In this document: positions 12,801-23,189 of the stretch, piece by piece
Position numbering within the stretch: position 1 is the stretch's first letter
Layout: every line of letters begins with the position of its first letter
Source of the DNA: Rebecca billardiae RCC1528
Taxonomy: Eukaryota; Protista; Haptophyta
Length of the DNA stretch: 64,000 bases
Assembly (NCBI GenBank): GCA_965240325.2
Contig: OZ251226.1
Span: 496,001 to 560,000 of the forward strand
Direction of reading: 5' to 3'
Notes under the pieces: model-generated
What the model saw: the letters and a program-made list of their open reading frames with translations, nothing else
What the model was told of the DNA's origin: nothing
The model's database searches: none
Translations under genes and position numbers: made by a program

Positions 12801-13059
12801 CTACTTCTTCTTGCCCTTTTCCAGGTATGCCTTGGCTGCGGCCTTCTCCTCCTGCTGCTTCTTCTTGAAGGCGACGTCGTCGTCGTCGAGATCGCCCTGC
12901 GGTAGGCACGGCCAGACGGCGGGTCCGGCTGTCAGGCCCGGAGTGGACGGGGGCGGGCGAGACGCACGCGCGGGCGCATACCCCCTTCGCCTTGCCCTTC
13001 TTGTTCACCACCTGCTTCTGCGACTTGTTCGAGCCGTCACCAGCGCCCTTGAGCGGCAT
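12801..13059 (-). CDS. TMA7: Translation machinery-associated protein 7 (57 aa)
   Basis: Exons 13059-12982 and 12896-12801 (GT..AG intron). Product MPLKGAGDGSNKSQKQVVNKKGKAKG-GDLDDDDVAFKKKQQEEKAAAKAYLEKGKKK carries the TMA7 signature (D-D-x-A-F-K-x-K-Q-x-E-E). Confidence 0.8.
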
Positions 13060-13361
13060 GGCCACCAGTCAACACGGCACCTCGGCAGCGTGCTCAGGCA
13101 ACTCGCATCAAGCGATGGCGGTCGTGTGGCCACGTTTGCCACGAAGAACCTCCGGTGCTGGCAAAGTGGATGCGCTTGCGCGGCCCAGCCAATCAGATGC
13201 GAGGAGACGACTCCGTTGGTGAGCGGCGGGCGAGTACTTATTCGTAGCGCGGTCGCACAGCGGCGCGACGCTCCGAGACTTTTGACAGGGACTCCCGTGG
13301 CCCCAGTCGCCGGCGCCGTCAGCAACCGTGCACGGCTGCTGTCGCGGCACACTCGGGCGAG
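13060..13361. promoter_or_regulatory. Short bidirectional promoter region with a CCAAT box (~13189)
   Basis: About 300 bp between two divergent start codons; contains AGCCAATCAG. Confidence 0.35.
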
Positions 13362-13718
13362 ATGTCGCTCCCAGTGCTCCCCGAGGAGGGCTCGCGCCCC
13401 GTCCGCCCGGACGATGACATCCACGACATCCTCGGCGCATCGACTGGTGAGTTCGAGGTGATGTCGGATGAGCTCGACGGCAGCATGACTGCCGACCACG
13501 AGCTCGACGAGATGCTTGGCGAGAGCACGGGGCAGTTCCGGATGGATCAGATCGACGAGACGGCCGAGCCCGACGAGACGCCGAAGAAGTACCTCCTCAA
13601 GGCCCACCTGGCGTATCTTGACCGTCAGACGTCGTCGGCGGCGCTGGATGACGTGCGCAATCGCATCCGAGCGCTTACCGCGGAGAAGCAGAAGCTCTAC
13701 CAGGCACTGCGCCGATAG
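13362..13718 (+). CDS. Hypothetical acidic protein (118 aa) with an internal repeat and C-terminal coiled coil
   Basis: ATG-initiated ORF with strong GC3 codon bias. Repeat IHDILGASTGEFEV / LDEMLGESTGQFRM; heptad-like tail LDDVRNRIRALTAEKQKLYQAL. Confidence 0.6.
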   Translation: MSLPVLPEEGSRPVRPDDDIHDILGASTGEFEVMSDELDGSMTADHELDEMLGESTGQFRMDQIDETAEPDETPKKYLLKAHLAYLDRQTSSAALDDVRNRIRALTAEKQKLYQALRR

Positions 13719-14410
13719 AGCACGGCGTGCACACTGTCCCGCTGTGTCAGCCAGCCGTCGCTACCCACAAGGATTGCATCCTTGTGGTGCGATAGTGCCG
13801 GTGCTGCTGCCTGGAGAGCCGCCCCTCGTGACAACGCGCTTGACCGCGCTGCACTCCAAATCGTGGTGCACCGGTGCACGAGTGCTGGGCAGGGCTCTCT
13901 TTTCTGAATGAACTCGTGAGGCAGTCGTGGAGCTGCTCGCTGGAGAGCTGCGCACGTGCTACGTCCGTCTTCGGCTCCGTGCTGGCCGGCAGGCCGCCAG
14001 GCAGTGCTGCGGTGCCTCCGTCCGGCGTCCCGTGAGTCCCGCGTGAACCACCGCGGGCACCCAGCACCGGGCACCCAACCAACACCCACCAGCCTTTCGA
14101 CGGAGGGTCCAACTCCAAGACACGCGTGGAGTCTATGCGGCGAGTGGCCGACTGCAACGTCGCTCTGCAACATCATCGAGGCAACCCGTGGACAGTGCAC
14201 CCTCATGACTGTTAGTGTAAATAGTGTAGTTGAAGCTGATGACACACGCGGTGGGGGCGGTCCGGGTGCGCAGTCCTTGGTTGGGCATTTTTAATTATTA
14301 ATAATGGGCAAGCACTGGGCAGGCTTGAGGAGGAGCCCTCGCGGTGCAGACCTCCGTCCTCACGGTCTCCTCGCCAGCCAAGACCAAGGGCGGTACCAAG
14401 GCGCTACGCC

Positions 14411-15451
14411 AAGCTGGCCGGCATGGTCGACCTAAAGCACCGCAAGTGTGATCGCACGGGCTGCACCACGCGGCCTCACTTCGGCATGCCGGGCGACGCG
14501 CGAGCCAGCCGGTGCGCTACGCACAAGCTGGCCGGCATGGTCGACGTGACGCATCCCAAGTGTGATCACACCGGCTGCACCACGCAGCCTCACTTCGGCA
14601 TGCCGGGTGACGCGCGCGCCAGCCGCTGCGCTGTGCACAAGCTGGCCGGCATGATCGACCTGACGAACCCCAAGTGTGATCACACCGGCTGCACCAAGGC
14701 GCCTTCATTCGGCATGCCGGGTGACGCGCGCGCCAGCTGGTGTGCTGCGCACAAGCTGGCCGGCATGGTCGACGTGAAGAACCCACAGTGTGATCACACC
14801 GGCTGCACCACGCAGCCGTCATTTGGCATGCCGGGTGACGCGCGTGCCAGCCGGTGCGCTGTGCACAAGCTGGCCGGCATGGTCGACCTGAAGAACCCCA
14901 AGTGTGATCACTCTGGCTGCACCACGCAGCCTTACTTCGGCATGCCGGGTGACGCGCGCGCCAGCCGCTGCGCTGTGCACAAGCTGGCCGGCATGGTCGA
15001 CCTGAAGAACCTCAAGTGTGATCACTCTGGCTGCACCACGCAGCCTTACTTCGGCATGCCGGGTGACGCGCGCGCCAGCCGCTGCGCTGTGCACAAGCTG
15101 GCTGGCATGGTCGACCTGAAGCACCCCAAGTGTGATCACACCGGCTGCACCAAGGTGCCTTCATTCGGCATGCCGGGTGACGCGCGCGCCAGCTGGTGTG
15201 CTGCGCACAAGCTGGCCGGCATGGTCGACGTGAAGAACCCCAAGTGTGATCACACCGGCTGCACCAAGGCGCCTTCATTCGGTATGCCGGGTGACGCGCG
15301 CGCCAGCCGCTGCGCTGTGCACAAGCTGGCTGGCATGGTCGACCTGAAGCACCCCAAGTGTGATCACACCGGCTGCACCACGCGGCCTCACTTCGGCATG
15401 CCGGGTGACGCGCGCGCCAGCTGCTGCGCTGTGCACAAGCTGGCCGGCATG
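14411..15451 (+). repeat. 114-bp coding tandem repeat, 9 copies
   Basis: aagctggccggcatggtcgac...aagtgtgatcacaccggctgcacc...ttcggcatgccgggtgacgcgcgcgccagc recurs every 114 bp. Confidence 0.95.
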
Positions 15452-15700
15452 AAGCGCCTTCGGAGTGGTGCGCACAAGCGCGGGCTGGAGCAAGACATGA
15501 TGAGCACCAAAGAAGTGAGCTCCGCCAAGCGACAGCGGAAGCTCACCGTGAGCACAGCCACACCCTCGGACATTATTGTGGCAGTGTGGCGGCCGCGATC
15601 ATCGCAGCTGGCGGCGCCGCTGGTCACAGCCAGCGTCGTATCGACGCCGCCGTCGCATGTACGACCCGTGGTGATGGCCAGACGGGTGAGGCGGGCCTGA
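14423..15700 (+). CDS. EsV-1-7 cysteine-rich repeat protein (9 x 38 aa); possibly 5'-truncated
   Basis: Nine units of KCDHTGCTT(R/Q)PxFGMPGDARASRCAVHKLAGMVDL match the EsV-1-7 C-x4-C...C-x2-H motif. Basic NLS-like tail KRQRK. No introns. Confidence 0.8.
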   Translation: MVDLKHRKCDRTGCTTRPHFGMPGDARASRCATHKLAGMVDVTHPKCDHTGCTTQPHFGMPGDARASRCAVHKLAGMIDLTNPKCDHTGCTKAPSFGMPGDARASWCAAHKLAGMVDVKNPQCDHTGCTTQPSFGMPGDARASRCAVHKLAGMVDLKNPKCDHSGCTTQPYFGMPGDARASRCAVHKLAGMVDLKNLKCDHSGCTTQPYFGMPGDARASRCAVHKLAGMVDLKHPKCDHTGCTKVPSFGMPGDARASWCAAHKLAGMVDVKNPKCDHTGCTKAPSFGMPGDARASRCAVHKLAGMVDLKHPKCDHTGCTTRPHFGMPGDARASCCAVHKLAGMKRLRSGAHKRGLEQDMMSTKEVSSAKRQRKLTVSTATPSDIIVAVWRPRSSQLAAPLVTASVVSTPPSHVRPVVMARRVRRA

Positions 15701-16055
15701 GCAGCCGCAGAGCAGCGCGCACTGCGCCTGCGGCACTGCCACTTGGGCACTTGAAAGTTGAATAACTTGATAGTTGATTCCGTGCATGCGGCTTATAGCT
15801 GACTGAAAATAACATGTGCTACATCATCAGCAGACTCAGACTGACTGATGGCCCGCTCGGCTGAGTCGGTCTGACGAGAAATGAGAAGGCGCGCCGAGCC
15901 CGCGTCCGCCACGGGTGAGGGTCGGACTACCTAACTCGACTCATGACATCACCTATCGGGATATGGTAGCTGTCGTCGTCGTTTTCGTCGGACTGCTGTT
16001 TTCCACTTTTTCTGATGTGTCGCCTGCGGTCGGGTTTGGCTCATGCCCATGGCTG

Positions 16056-17201
16056 TCAGCGTGGCAATCGCTCGGTCACAAAGTCGGCGACGGGACCGCT
16101 CGGCGCCCGGGCGTGGGATTTGCGGAAGTAGTAGTACTGCACGGCCGCGCGCGTCTCGACGCCGAGCGCCCGCGCGATCGCGGACAGGTCCTTCCCGTGC
16201 ACCGAGAGGCCGAGGCCGAACGCATCGTGCCGCCACGCCGGCCACGACGCGAACATGTCGTCCGCACCCGACGCCTCGGCGTCCGCCTGCACGGCATCGC
16301 GCACCTCGCCTCCGCGGTCGCCCGCCGGCGAGACGGGCCGCGCGCTGTCGCCGGCGGCTGCGGGCGCGCCGAGCAGGGCGGCGCCCACGTCGGGTATCCA
16401 CGCCTGGTACTCGGAGCCCACGCGGATGCGCGCGTTGGCGAACAGGGGCAGAGAGCGCTTGGGCGCGGCGCTGCGCGGCCGCGGCGTCGGCACGTTCGGG
16501 TCGTAGCCGACGCCCGGCTCGTAGGTGGTCGGCGCGGTGCGCACGCGCTTGTTCTGGCGGCAGGCGATCGGGCCGATGGAGTCGGCGTCCTCGTCGTCCG
16601 ACGCCTCCGTGAACGAGCTCCGCGCGACCGCGGCCGACGAGCGCTTGGCCGGCCGCTCCGCGCTCACTGCTGAGCGCGGCGCGCGGCTGAGGAACAGGGC
16701 AAAGTGGCTGTCAACGCGCCGGCGGCACAGCGTGACCGTGTCGCCCTCGAGCGCGCGCGCGCCCTGCAAATAGCCCTTCAGGTCCTGCAGCGAGTGGATG
16801 AACGACTTGCCGCAGGGCGACACGCGATATCTGAAGGGCCAGAAGCCCGGCGGCGGGCGAGGCTCCGCCTCGGCGGGCGCGGCCGCAGCCGTGCCCGCCT
16901 CCGCACCCGGCGCACCCGCGGCCGCGGGCGCGTCCGCGCTGAGTGTGGGCGGCGGCGTCCGATCCTCGGGCTCGTCGTACACGAGGTCCGGGCCCGCCCA
17001 GACCTGCAGGATCGTCGCGGCAGACGTGCTCGCCGCGACCATCTCCTTTGCAAGCTGCTGCTCGCACTGCAGCTTGGGCATCACGATGCGGAACTCCTTC
17101 GAGTCGGAGGTGGTGAGCATCTTTGAGAAGAGCACCTCGAGTCCATCGGGGATCGGCCCGCGCGGGTCGACGGACGCCGAGCCGTACCGTCCGCGGCCCA
17201 T
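16056..17201 (-). CDS. Putative transcriptional regulator: B3 DNA-binding domain + ELM2 + SANT/Myb
   Basis: LFSKMLTTSDSKEFRIVMPK and WPFRYRV...SLQDLKGYLQGARALEGDTVTL (B3, LAV/RAV type). RIRVGSEYQAWIP (ELM2). WPAWRHDAFGLGLSVHGKDLSAIARAL...AVQYYYFRK (SANT). Confidence 0.75.
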   Translation of the reverse strand: MGRGRYGSASVDPRGPIPDGLEVLFSKMLTTSDSKEFRIVMPKLQCEQQLAKEMVAASTSAATILQVWAGPDLVYDEPEDRTPPPTLSADAPAAAGAPGAEAGTAAAAPAEAEPRPPPGFWPFRYRVSPCGKSFIHSLQDLKGYLQGARALEGDTVTLCRRRVDSHFALFLSRAPRSAVSAERPAKRSSAAVARSSFTEASDDEDADSIGPIACRQNKRVRTAPTTYEPGVGYDPNVPTPRPRSAAPKRSLPLFANARIRVGSEYQAWIPDVGAALLGAPAAAGDSARPVSPAGDRGGEVRDAVQADAEASGADDMFASWPAWRHDAFGLGLSVHGKDLSAIARALGVETRAAVQYYYFRKSHARAPSGPVADFVTERLPR

Positions 17202-17394
17202 GCCCGCGCGGAGGTCTCAGGCCAGGCGACCGCCGAGTCGGGCGCACACGGGGCTAGCCGAACCGATGACCGGCTCGTTCCGGCCCGCAGGCTGGGGGAA
17301 TTGAAAAAAGGAACATCCACGCCGGACAGAATTCGTCGCCGGGTTTACGTGGCCGCCGCCCCGGCGTCCGGCGGTCTCGGACGGGAGGGCTGCC

Positions 17395-19026
17395 ATGCTG
17401 CCTCGCGCGCGGGCGCGATGCTGCAGCCTGCTGCCGATGGTGTACGCGGTGGTGGCGCACGCGCACCCGATGTCCACCTACCGCGCGCACGCCACGCACA
17501 CCCGCACGCCCATGTCGGCGCTCCTCTCGCGCGTGCCCGCGGGCGCGCGACGGCGCTCGGCGCCGCTGAGCACGGCGCTCGAAGCGGACGTGGCGGACGG
17601 CGCGACGTCGGACGCGCAGAAGCGCGGGTCGGACTCGCCGACCGCGATCGTGGTCAAGGTCTCCATGGTCGACGCGCTGCGCCGCCACCTCCGCCTGCCG
17701 AAGAAGGCGCGCAAGGCGCGGTTCTTTGTCGACCCGGCGAATGAGGAGCAGACCATCTACGAGCAGCTGAGGGGCGCGGTGGCGGAGCACTGGGGCTGGC
17801 TGCCCGAGGACTACACGCTGCGCCAACCCGATGCCACCGCCGCCGACGCCGCCGCCGCCGTCGGCGCGGTCTCCGTCGCCGGCTCGGACGCGGCGGTCGA
17901 CGCGGCCGACGCGGCCGACGACGCGGGCGCGCTCACGGTCGGCTCGACCGAGAGCCTCGAGGCCGCGCTCGAGGCCGCGCGCGCGCGCGGCGTGGCGCCG
18001 ACGCTGAAGCTCTCGGCGCCGCTGCCCGAGCCGCGCGGCCCGCCGCCGTGCGCCAAGGTCGACCCCGCCGAGCTGATGGCCGAGCAGCCAATCGCGCGCA
18101 TGCTCTCCTTCTATTCGTTCAAGCCGATCCCAGAGCCGGCCCGGCTCAAGGCGGAGGTGGAGCGGCGGCTGGGCGCGCTGCCGCTGCTCGGCTCGGTGTA
18201 CGTGGCGGAGGAGGGCGTGAACGCGCAGATGATGGTGCGCGCCGACATGCTCGACGCGCTGCGCGCCGAGGTCGCCGCCGTGCCCGAGCTCTCGCACGTG
18301 CAGCTCAATCTCGGCGACGAGATCCGGGCGGACGAGGTGACGCCCTTCCACCGCTTCAAGGTGACGCACAAGGGGAAGGTGCTGCAGGACGGGCTGCTGG
18401 CGGGGCTCGACCTGCAGGAGGCGGGCGAGGAGCTGCACGCCTCGCAGTGGCACGCCGAGCTCGCCTCGGACAAGCCGCCCCTCCTCCTCGATTGCCGAAA
18501 CTGGTACGAGTCCGAGGTAGGCCGGTTCGAGGGCGCGCGCCCGCTCAACACGAACAAGTTCCACGAGTCGTGGCCCAAGCTGGAGGAGGCGCTGCGCGAC
18601 GTGGACCCGGGGCAGCGCGTGCTCACGTACTGCACGGGCGGGATCCGCTGCGTCAAGATCAACGCGTACCTCAAGCAGAAGCTCGGCTTCCACAACGTCG
18701 CGAGGCTCGAGGACGGGATCGTCGGTTACAAGCGCTGGGTGGACGAGCAGAGGGCGGAGGCGGAGCGCGCGCGCGCGGCGGCGGAGGCGGCGGCGGCGAA
18801 GGGGGCGGCGGAGCAGGAGGCGCCCACGTCGCTCTTCCGCGGCACCAACTTCGTCTTCGACCAGCGCGTCGGCGTCAAGGTCACCGACGACCGGCTGACC
18901 GACGACCCGGTGCTCTCGCTGATCTACGCGGACGACAGCGAGGAGGCGCGGCCGCTCAAGGAGGCCGTGTACCACCAGACGCGCGCGCACGAGGACGAGG
19001 AGGGCGGCGGCGAGGCGGCGGCGTGA
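17395..19026 (+). CDS. trhO: TrhO/YceA (UPF0176)-like rhodanese protein, putative tRNA U34 hydroxylase, with an N-terminal extension
   Basis: LSFYSF, LLGSVYVAEEGVNAQM, LLLDCRNWYESEVGRFEGA, VLTYCTGGIRCVK, LEDGIVGY, FRGTNFVFDQR. The N-terminus could be an organellar targeting sequence; the start codon is uncertain. Confidence 0.85.
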   Translation: MLPRARARCCSLLPMVYAVVAHAHPMSTYRAHATHTRTPMSALLSRVPAGARRRSAPLSTALEADVADGATSDAQKRGSDSPTAIVVKVSMVDALRRHLRLPKKARKARFFVDPANEEQTIYEQLRGAVAEHWGWLPEDYTLRQPDATAADAAAAVGAVSVAGSDAAVDAADAADDAGALTVGSTESLEAALEAARARGVAPTLKLSAPLPEPRGPPPCAKVDPAELMAEQPIARMLSFYSFKPIPEPARLKAEVERRLGALPLLGSVYVAEEGVNAQMMVRADMLDALRAEVAAVPELSHVQLNLGDEIRADEVTPFHRFKVTHKGKVLQDGLLAGLDLQEAGEELHASQWHAELASDKPPLLLDCRNWYESEVGRFEGARPLNTNKFHESWPKLEEALRDVDPGQRVLTYCTGGIRCVKINAYLKQKLGFHNVARLEDGIVGYKRWVDEQRAEAERARAAAEAAAAKGAAEQEAPTSLFRGTNFVFDQRVGVKVTDDRLTDDPVLSLIYADDSEEARPLKEAVYHQTRAHEDEEGGGEAAA

Positions 19027-19468
19027 GGGCGCGCGGTGGCGCGTGGCTGGGCGGCCACTGCGGGCTGGGGGCGCCGACCCGGCCGCAGTGTGCGCCAGAG
19101 CGCGCGCACTCCAGCTCCAGCCGACGGCTAGTCGGACATCTGGTGGCGGTGCGCCGGTGCGGTTCGGGTGCGAGTTCGGCAGCCGAGCGGACCTTCACTC
19201 TTCAGCAGCTCACTCAGCAGCAGGGCCTGACCGGAGCCTTATGCAGTAGGACAGACCGATAACGGTGTGACAATGCGCACAGTAGCTGTGCGCGCGCGTG
19301 CAAGACGGGCTATGAGGCCGTAGGCTGGCCAGGCGGAGGGGGTCCGACTACTCTTCTCACTCAGTCGGGTCGCCGTCGGCAGCCGCCATCGTGCGGTCTT
19401 GGACGGGTCCGTGGAACCGTGGAAGCGGGTGGTGCGTCCGCCGAGCGAAGAGCCGCGCGAATTCAGCC

Positions 19469-21891
19469 ATGGGCGTCCTCCGCGTGCTCGAGTCGGTCCA
19501 TTTCTACCGCCACGTGCCTCGCGACCTGTCGCAGGGCACGGCCTCTGGCGGTGTGCTCTCTCTGCTCGCCGCCGCGGCGATGGCCTACCTCTTCTTCTCC
19601 GACCTCGCCGCGTTCCTGCGCGTCGACTGGAACCACGAGGTGCACATCGACCAGGTGCGCGGCGCGACGCCCTTTCCCGCCGTGCGCCGCGCCATCCCTG
19701 CTCCCGCGCGGGCCGGGTGTGTGGGCGGACCGTCCCGAGCACCCTCGCCCGACGCACCTCCGCCCCGCCGTGCCCGCCCGCCTCGGCGCAGATCTACGAC
19801 CACTCGATCCGCGTGAACTTCAACATGACGATGCTGCGGCTGCCGTGCCAGTACGTCAACTTGGACGTGTTCGACGTGATGGGCGCGTCGGTGCACAACG
19901 TGACGCGCGGCGTGTTCCGGCATCGCGTCCTCGCCAACGGCGTGCGCGCCGACTTCAAGCCGCAGAAGCGGCCCAAGTCGTGGCAGCGCAGCATGGGCGC
20001 GCGCGCGGACGCTCGGCCGCCGTCGGCGCGGGAGCTGAACGTCACGACCGCACAGGTGGAGGGCGTGACGCACATCGACGCGGAGGGCTTCGGCCCGTTC
20101 CTGCGCGCGCGGCCGCACGCGCTCGTCCTCTTCGGCGCGGCGTGGTGCCCGTGGACCTCCGACCTGCTGCCCACGTGGGCGGACGTCGAGCGGCGCGTGC
20201 GCGCGGACGCACGGCTCGGGCAGCAGCTGGCCGTGGGCTACCTCGACTGCGCGCGGCCGGAGGTGCGGCCGGTGTGCAAGGCGCACTTCGTGCAGGCGTT
20301 CCCGTCGGTGCACCTGTACCAGCACAACGAGACGAGCGTGCACCAGAACTACGTCGGCCCGCGCGCCCCCGAGCCGCTGCTCGAGTTTGCGCGCGCGGCG
20401 GTCGAGCACACGGCGCGCTCGTCGCTCGCGACGCCGTTCCACGCCAACGGCGTGCACGGCGCGCACGGGTTCGAGGGGTGCGGGCTGAGTGGCGCGTTCT
20501 ACGTGGCGCGCGTGCCCGGCTCGCTGCGCATCTCCGCGCACTCCGACGCGCACTCGCTCAACCCCGCGTGGATCGACATGGACCACCACGTGGACGCGCT
20601 CACGTTTGGCGTGCCCGACACGAAGGAGCGGCTGCACCACGAGAAGGCGCTGCAGAAGCTTCTGGAGGAGTCGGAGGGGCTGAGCGCGCCGGCGCTCGAG
20701 GCGCACGAGCGCCGCGGGCTGACGGTGCGCGCGCGCCGCGCGCGGCACCGCCGAGTCGCGCGCGCCCGCCTCGGCCCGCACGGGCCGCCCGCGCGCCCCG
20801 GACCGGAGCGCGCCTCCCGCCGACACGCTTGCGCCCGCGCGCGCCCGCGCGCCGTGCGCTGCGCCGCGCCCCGCGTGCGCCGGCAGGACCCGTTCGAGCA
20901 CATCGACGACCTGGCGTTCCTCCCGCAGCACAGCGCGGGCAGCGTCGTCCGCCCGTTCCGCCCGGGCAAGCGCAAGGCCTCGCGCTTCGAGCGCTTCGTC
21001 TCGATGGTGGAGCGGCTCAAGCACAAGCAGGCAAAGGTGGGTGCGCGCGGCAGTGCGCGGCAGTGCGCCGCAGTGCGCGGAAGCACTCACGGCGCAGGCG
21101 CGGCGCGGGCGCGGCGCACGCACACGACGCGCGCGGGTGCGCTCCGTCCCGCGCTGCTCTGCGCACCGGGGCGCGGATGGGCTGTGCGCTGCGGCGGGCG
21201 GGCTGCGTGGGGTGGGCCGCGTGTGCAGGGGAGGGCTGCCTGCCCGACGGCGCGCGGCGCGGCGCAGCGGCTGGCGCGGCGCTGCGCGTGCGCGCTGCCC
21301 GCTCGCCTCGGCTCCGGTCCACGCCGGTCGGCCGGATGCGGCGCCGACGCTGCGCTGCACTGCGACGACACGGACGACGCCTGACGCGCCCGCCCGCGTG
21401 CGTGCCCTCGCGCCTGCGCCCCGGCGTGCGCCGCTCTCTACCCGCGCGATCGGCCCGCCCGCTCGCGCGCGCCCTGCGCCCACTCTCCTCCGCAGGTGGC
21501 CTCGATCCACGCGCACGACGCGCACGGCCCCAACTCGCTGGGCAACCGCTCGTTCGTCTCAGTCGGCCACCAGTTCGTCTCGATGGAGCACTACCTCAAG
21601 GTGATCCCGACCACGTACAAGTTTGCCGACAACGACGAGCTCGACTCGTACACGTACACGGTGAACAACCGACAGACGATCCGCGGCTACTCGCCGACGG
21701 CCGTCTTCTCGTTCGACTTCTCGCCGCTACGCGTCGCGATCGTCGAGGAGCGCACCGACCTCGCCACGTTCCTCACGCAGGTGTGCGCGATCATCGGCGG
21801 CGTCTTCACGGTCGTCGGGCTGATCGACGCCTCCCTCTTCCACGCGAGCGACCTGCTGGCGAAGAAGATGCAGCTGGGCAAGGCCAGCTAG
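19469..21891 (+). CDS. PDI-C-type protein (ERGIC_N + thioredoxin + COPII-coated ERV domain; Erv41/46-like)
   Basis: Exons 19469-19654, 19792-20724, 20887-21036, 21496-21891. Motifs HFYRHVPRDLSQGTASGG, VNFNMTMLRLPCQYVNLDVFDVMG, Trx FGAAWCPWT, EGCGLSGAFYVARVPGSL, EHYLKVIPT, FSFDFSPL...FLTQVCAIIGGVFTV, and C-terminal KKMQLGKAS. Confidence 0.9.
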
Positions 21892-22061
21892 CTGGCGGGC
21901 GCCACTCACTCAGTCTCACTACTCTCAGGGCCACTGCCGTGAGACGCGGCGCGCACGCTGACGCCCTCGCTGGTACACGGCGGCGGACCAGCCAGGGACG
22001 ACCGCCGCTGAGCGGGTGCTCCAGACAAGAGACCTGCGTAGTACCCCCATATACCATCTAC

Positions 22062-23189
22062 CAAGGGCGGTAAGGGCTGTCAACTCCCAGTGGCGGCAGC
22101 GCCAGAGGTTGGTTCCCGCTTCGCTGCTGCGCGGCCTCGCTCCAGCGACTAACTCTCGTGGGCGCCCGCCCCGGGGGGGGAGTGGGGCGCGCACGGCGCG
22201 AGCTCCTGCGGCCGTGTACGCGCGCGCGGAGGCGGCGCGCGCGGCTGGGCAGGTGCTAGGGAGTGTATGTCGCCCTCCCACGCCGCGCGCCTTGCTCGCC
22301 GCCGCTGTCGCCGCGCCTCAGGCCAGCGCGCACGCGTGCGCCGCCTCCAGAGCCAGCCTCGGGCCCGCGGCAGCTGGCCGCGCGCGTGTGGTGCGCGGTC
22401 TGGTCGGCGCGAGTCGGTCGGGGCCATCGGGCGAGGTTCGCATACTATAGACGCGCGCTCTGCCGCCGCGCGCCGCCGCGCACGGTTGTCATGGGTCGAC
22501 ACGCAAGCATCTTAGGTCTGACACGAACTGCAGCACGAATGCGAAAATGCTCATGTTTGGACGCTCATGGAGACGCTGAAGAGCACAACAGACGAGCGCA
22601 GGCGATGGAGAGCGGGGCAATGCACTCATTGGACGCCGTACACGCACCCAATGCGGCCGCCTATCACGCGCATGGGCGCTCACTGTCGCGTGTTCGAGCT
22701 CATTTCTGCTTGTCGTGCATTCATCGATCAGCTTCCTTCAACAGCTTCACGGGATGGTACCGGGCCCATGCGCGGCGGCGCGCGGCGGCAGAGCGCGCGT
22801 CTATAGTATGCGAACCTCGCCCGATGGCCCCGACCGACTCGCGCCGACCAGACCGCGCACCACACGCGCGCGGCCAGCTGCCGCGGGCCCGAGGCTGGCT
22901 CTGGAGGCGGCGCACGCGTGCGCGCTGGCCTGAGGCGCGGCGACAGCGGCGGCGAGCAAGGCGCGCGGCGTGGGAGGGCGACATACACTCCCTAGCACCT
23001 ACCCAGCCGCGCGCGCCGCCTCCGCGCGCGCGTACACGGCCGCAGGAGCTCGCGCCGTGCGCGCCCCACTCGCCCCCCGGGGCGGGCGCCCACGAGAGTT
23101 AGTCGCTGGAGCGAGGCCGCGCAGCAGCGAAGCGGGAACCAACCTCTGTCACCGCCGCCACTGGGAGTTGACAGCCCTTACCGCCCTTG
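22062..23189. mobile_element. Foldback element A (421-bp terminal inverted repeats, non-autonomous)
   Basis: Arms 22062-22482 and 22769-23189 are near-perfect reverse complements around a 286-bp spacer. Ends are CAAGGG...CCCTTG. Confidence 0.9.

Noticed and set aside
14411-15451. Regular repeat array resembling CRISPR
   Set aside because: Units are contiguous 114-bp in-frame coding repeats with no unique spacers, in a eukaryotic context with no cas genes.
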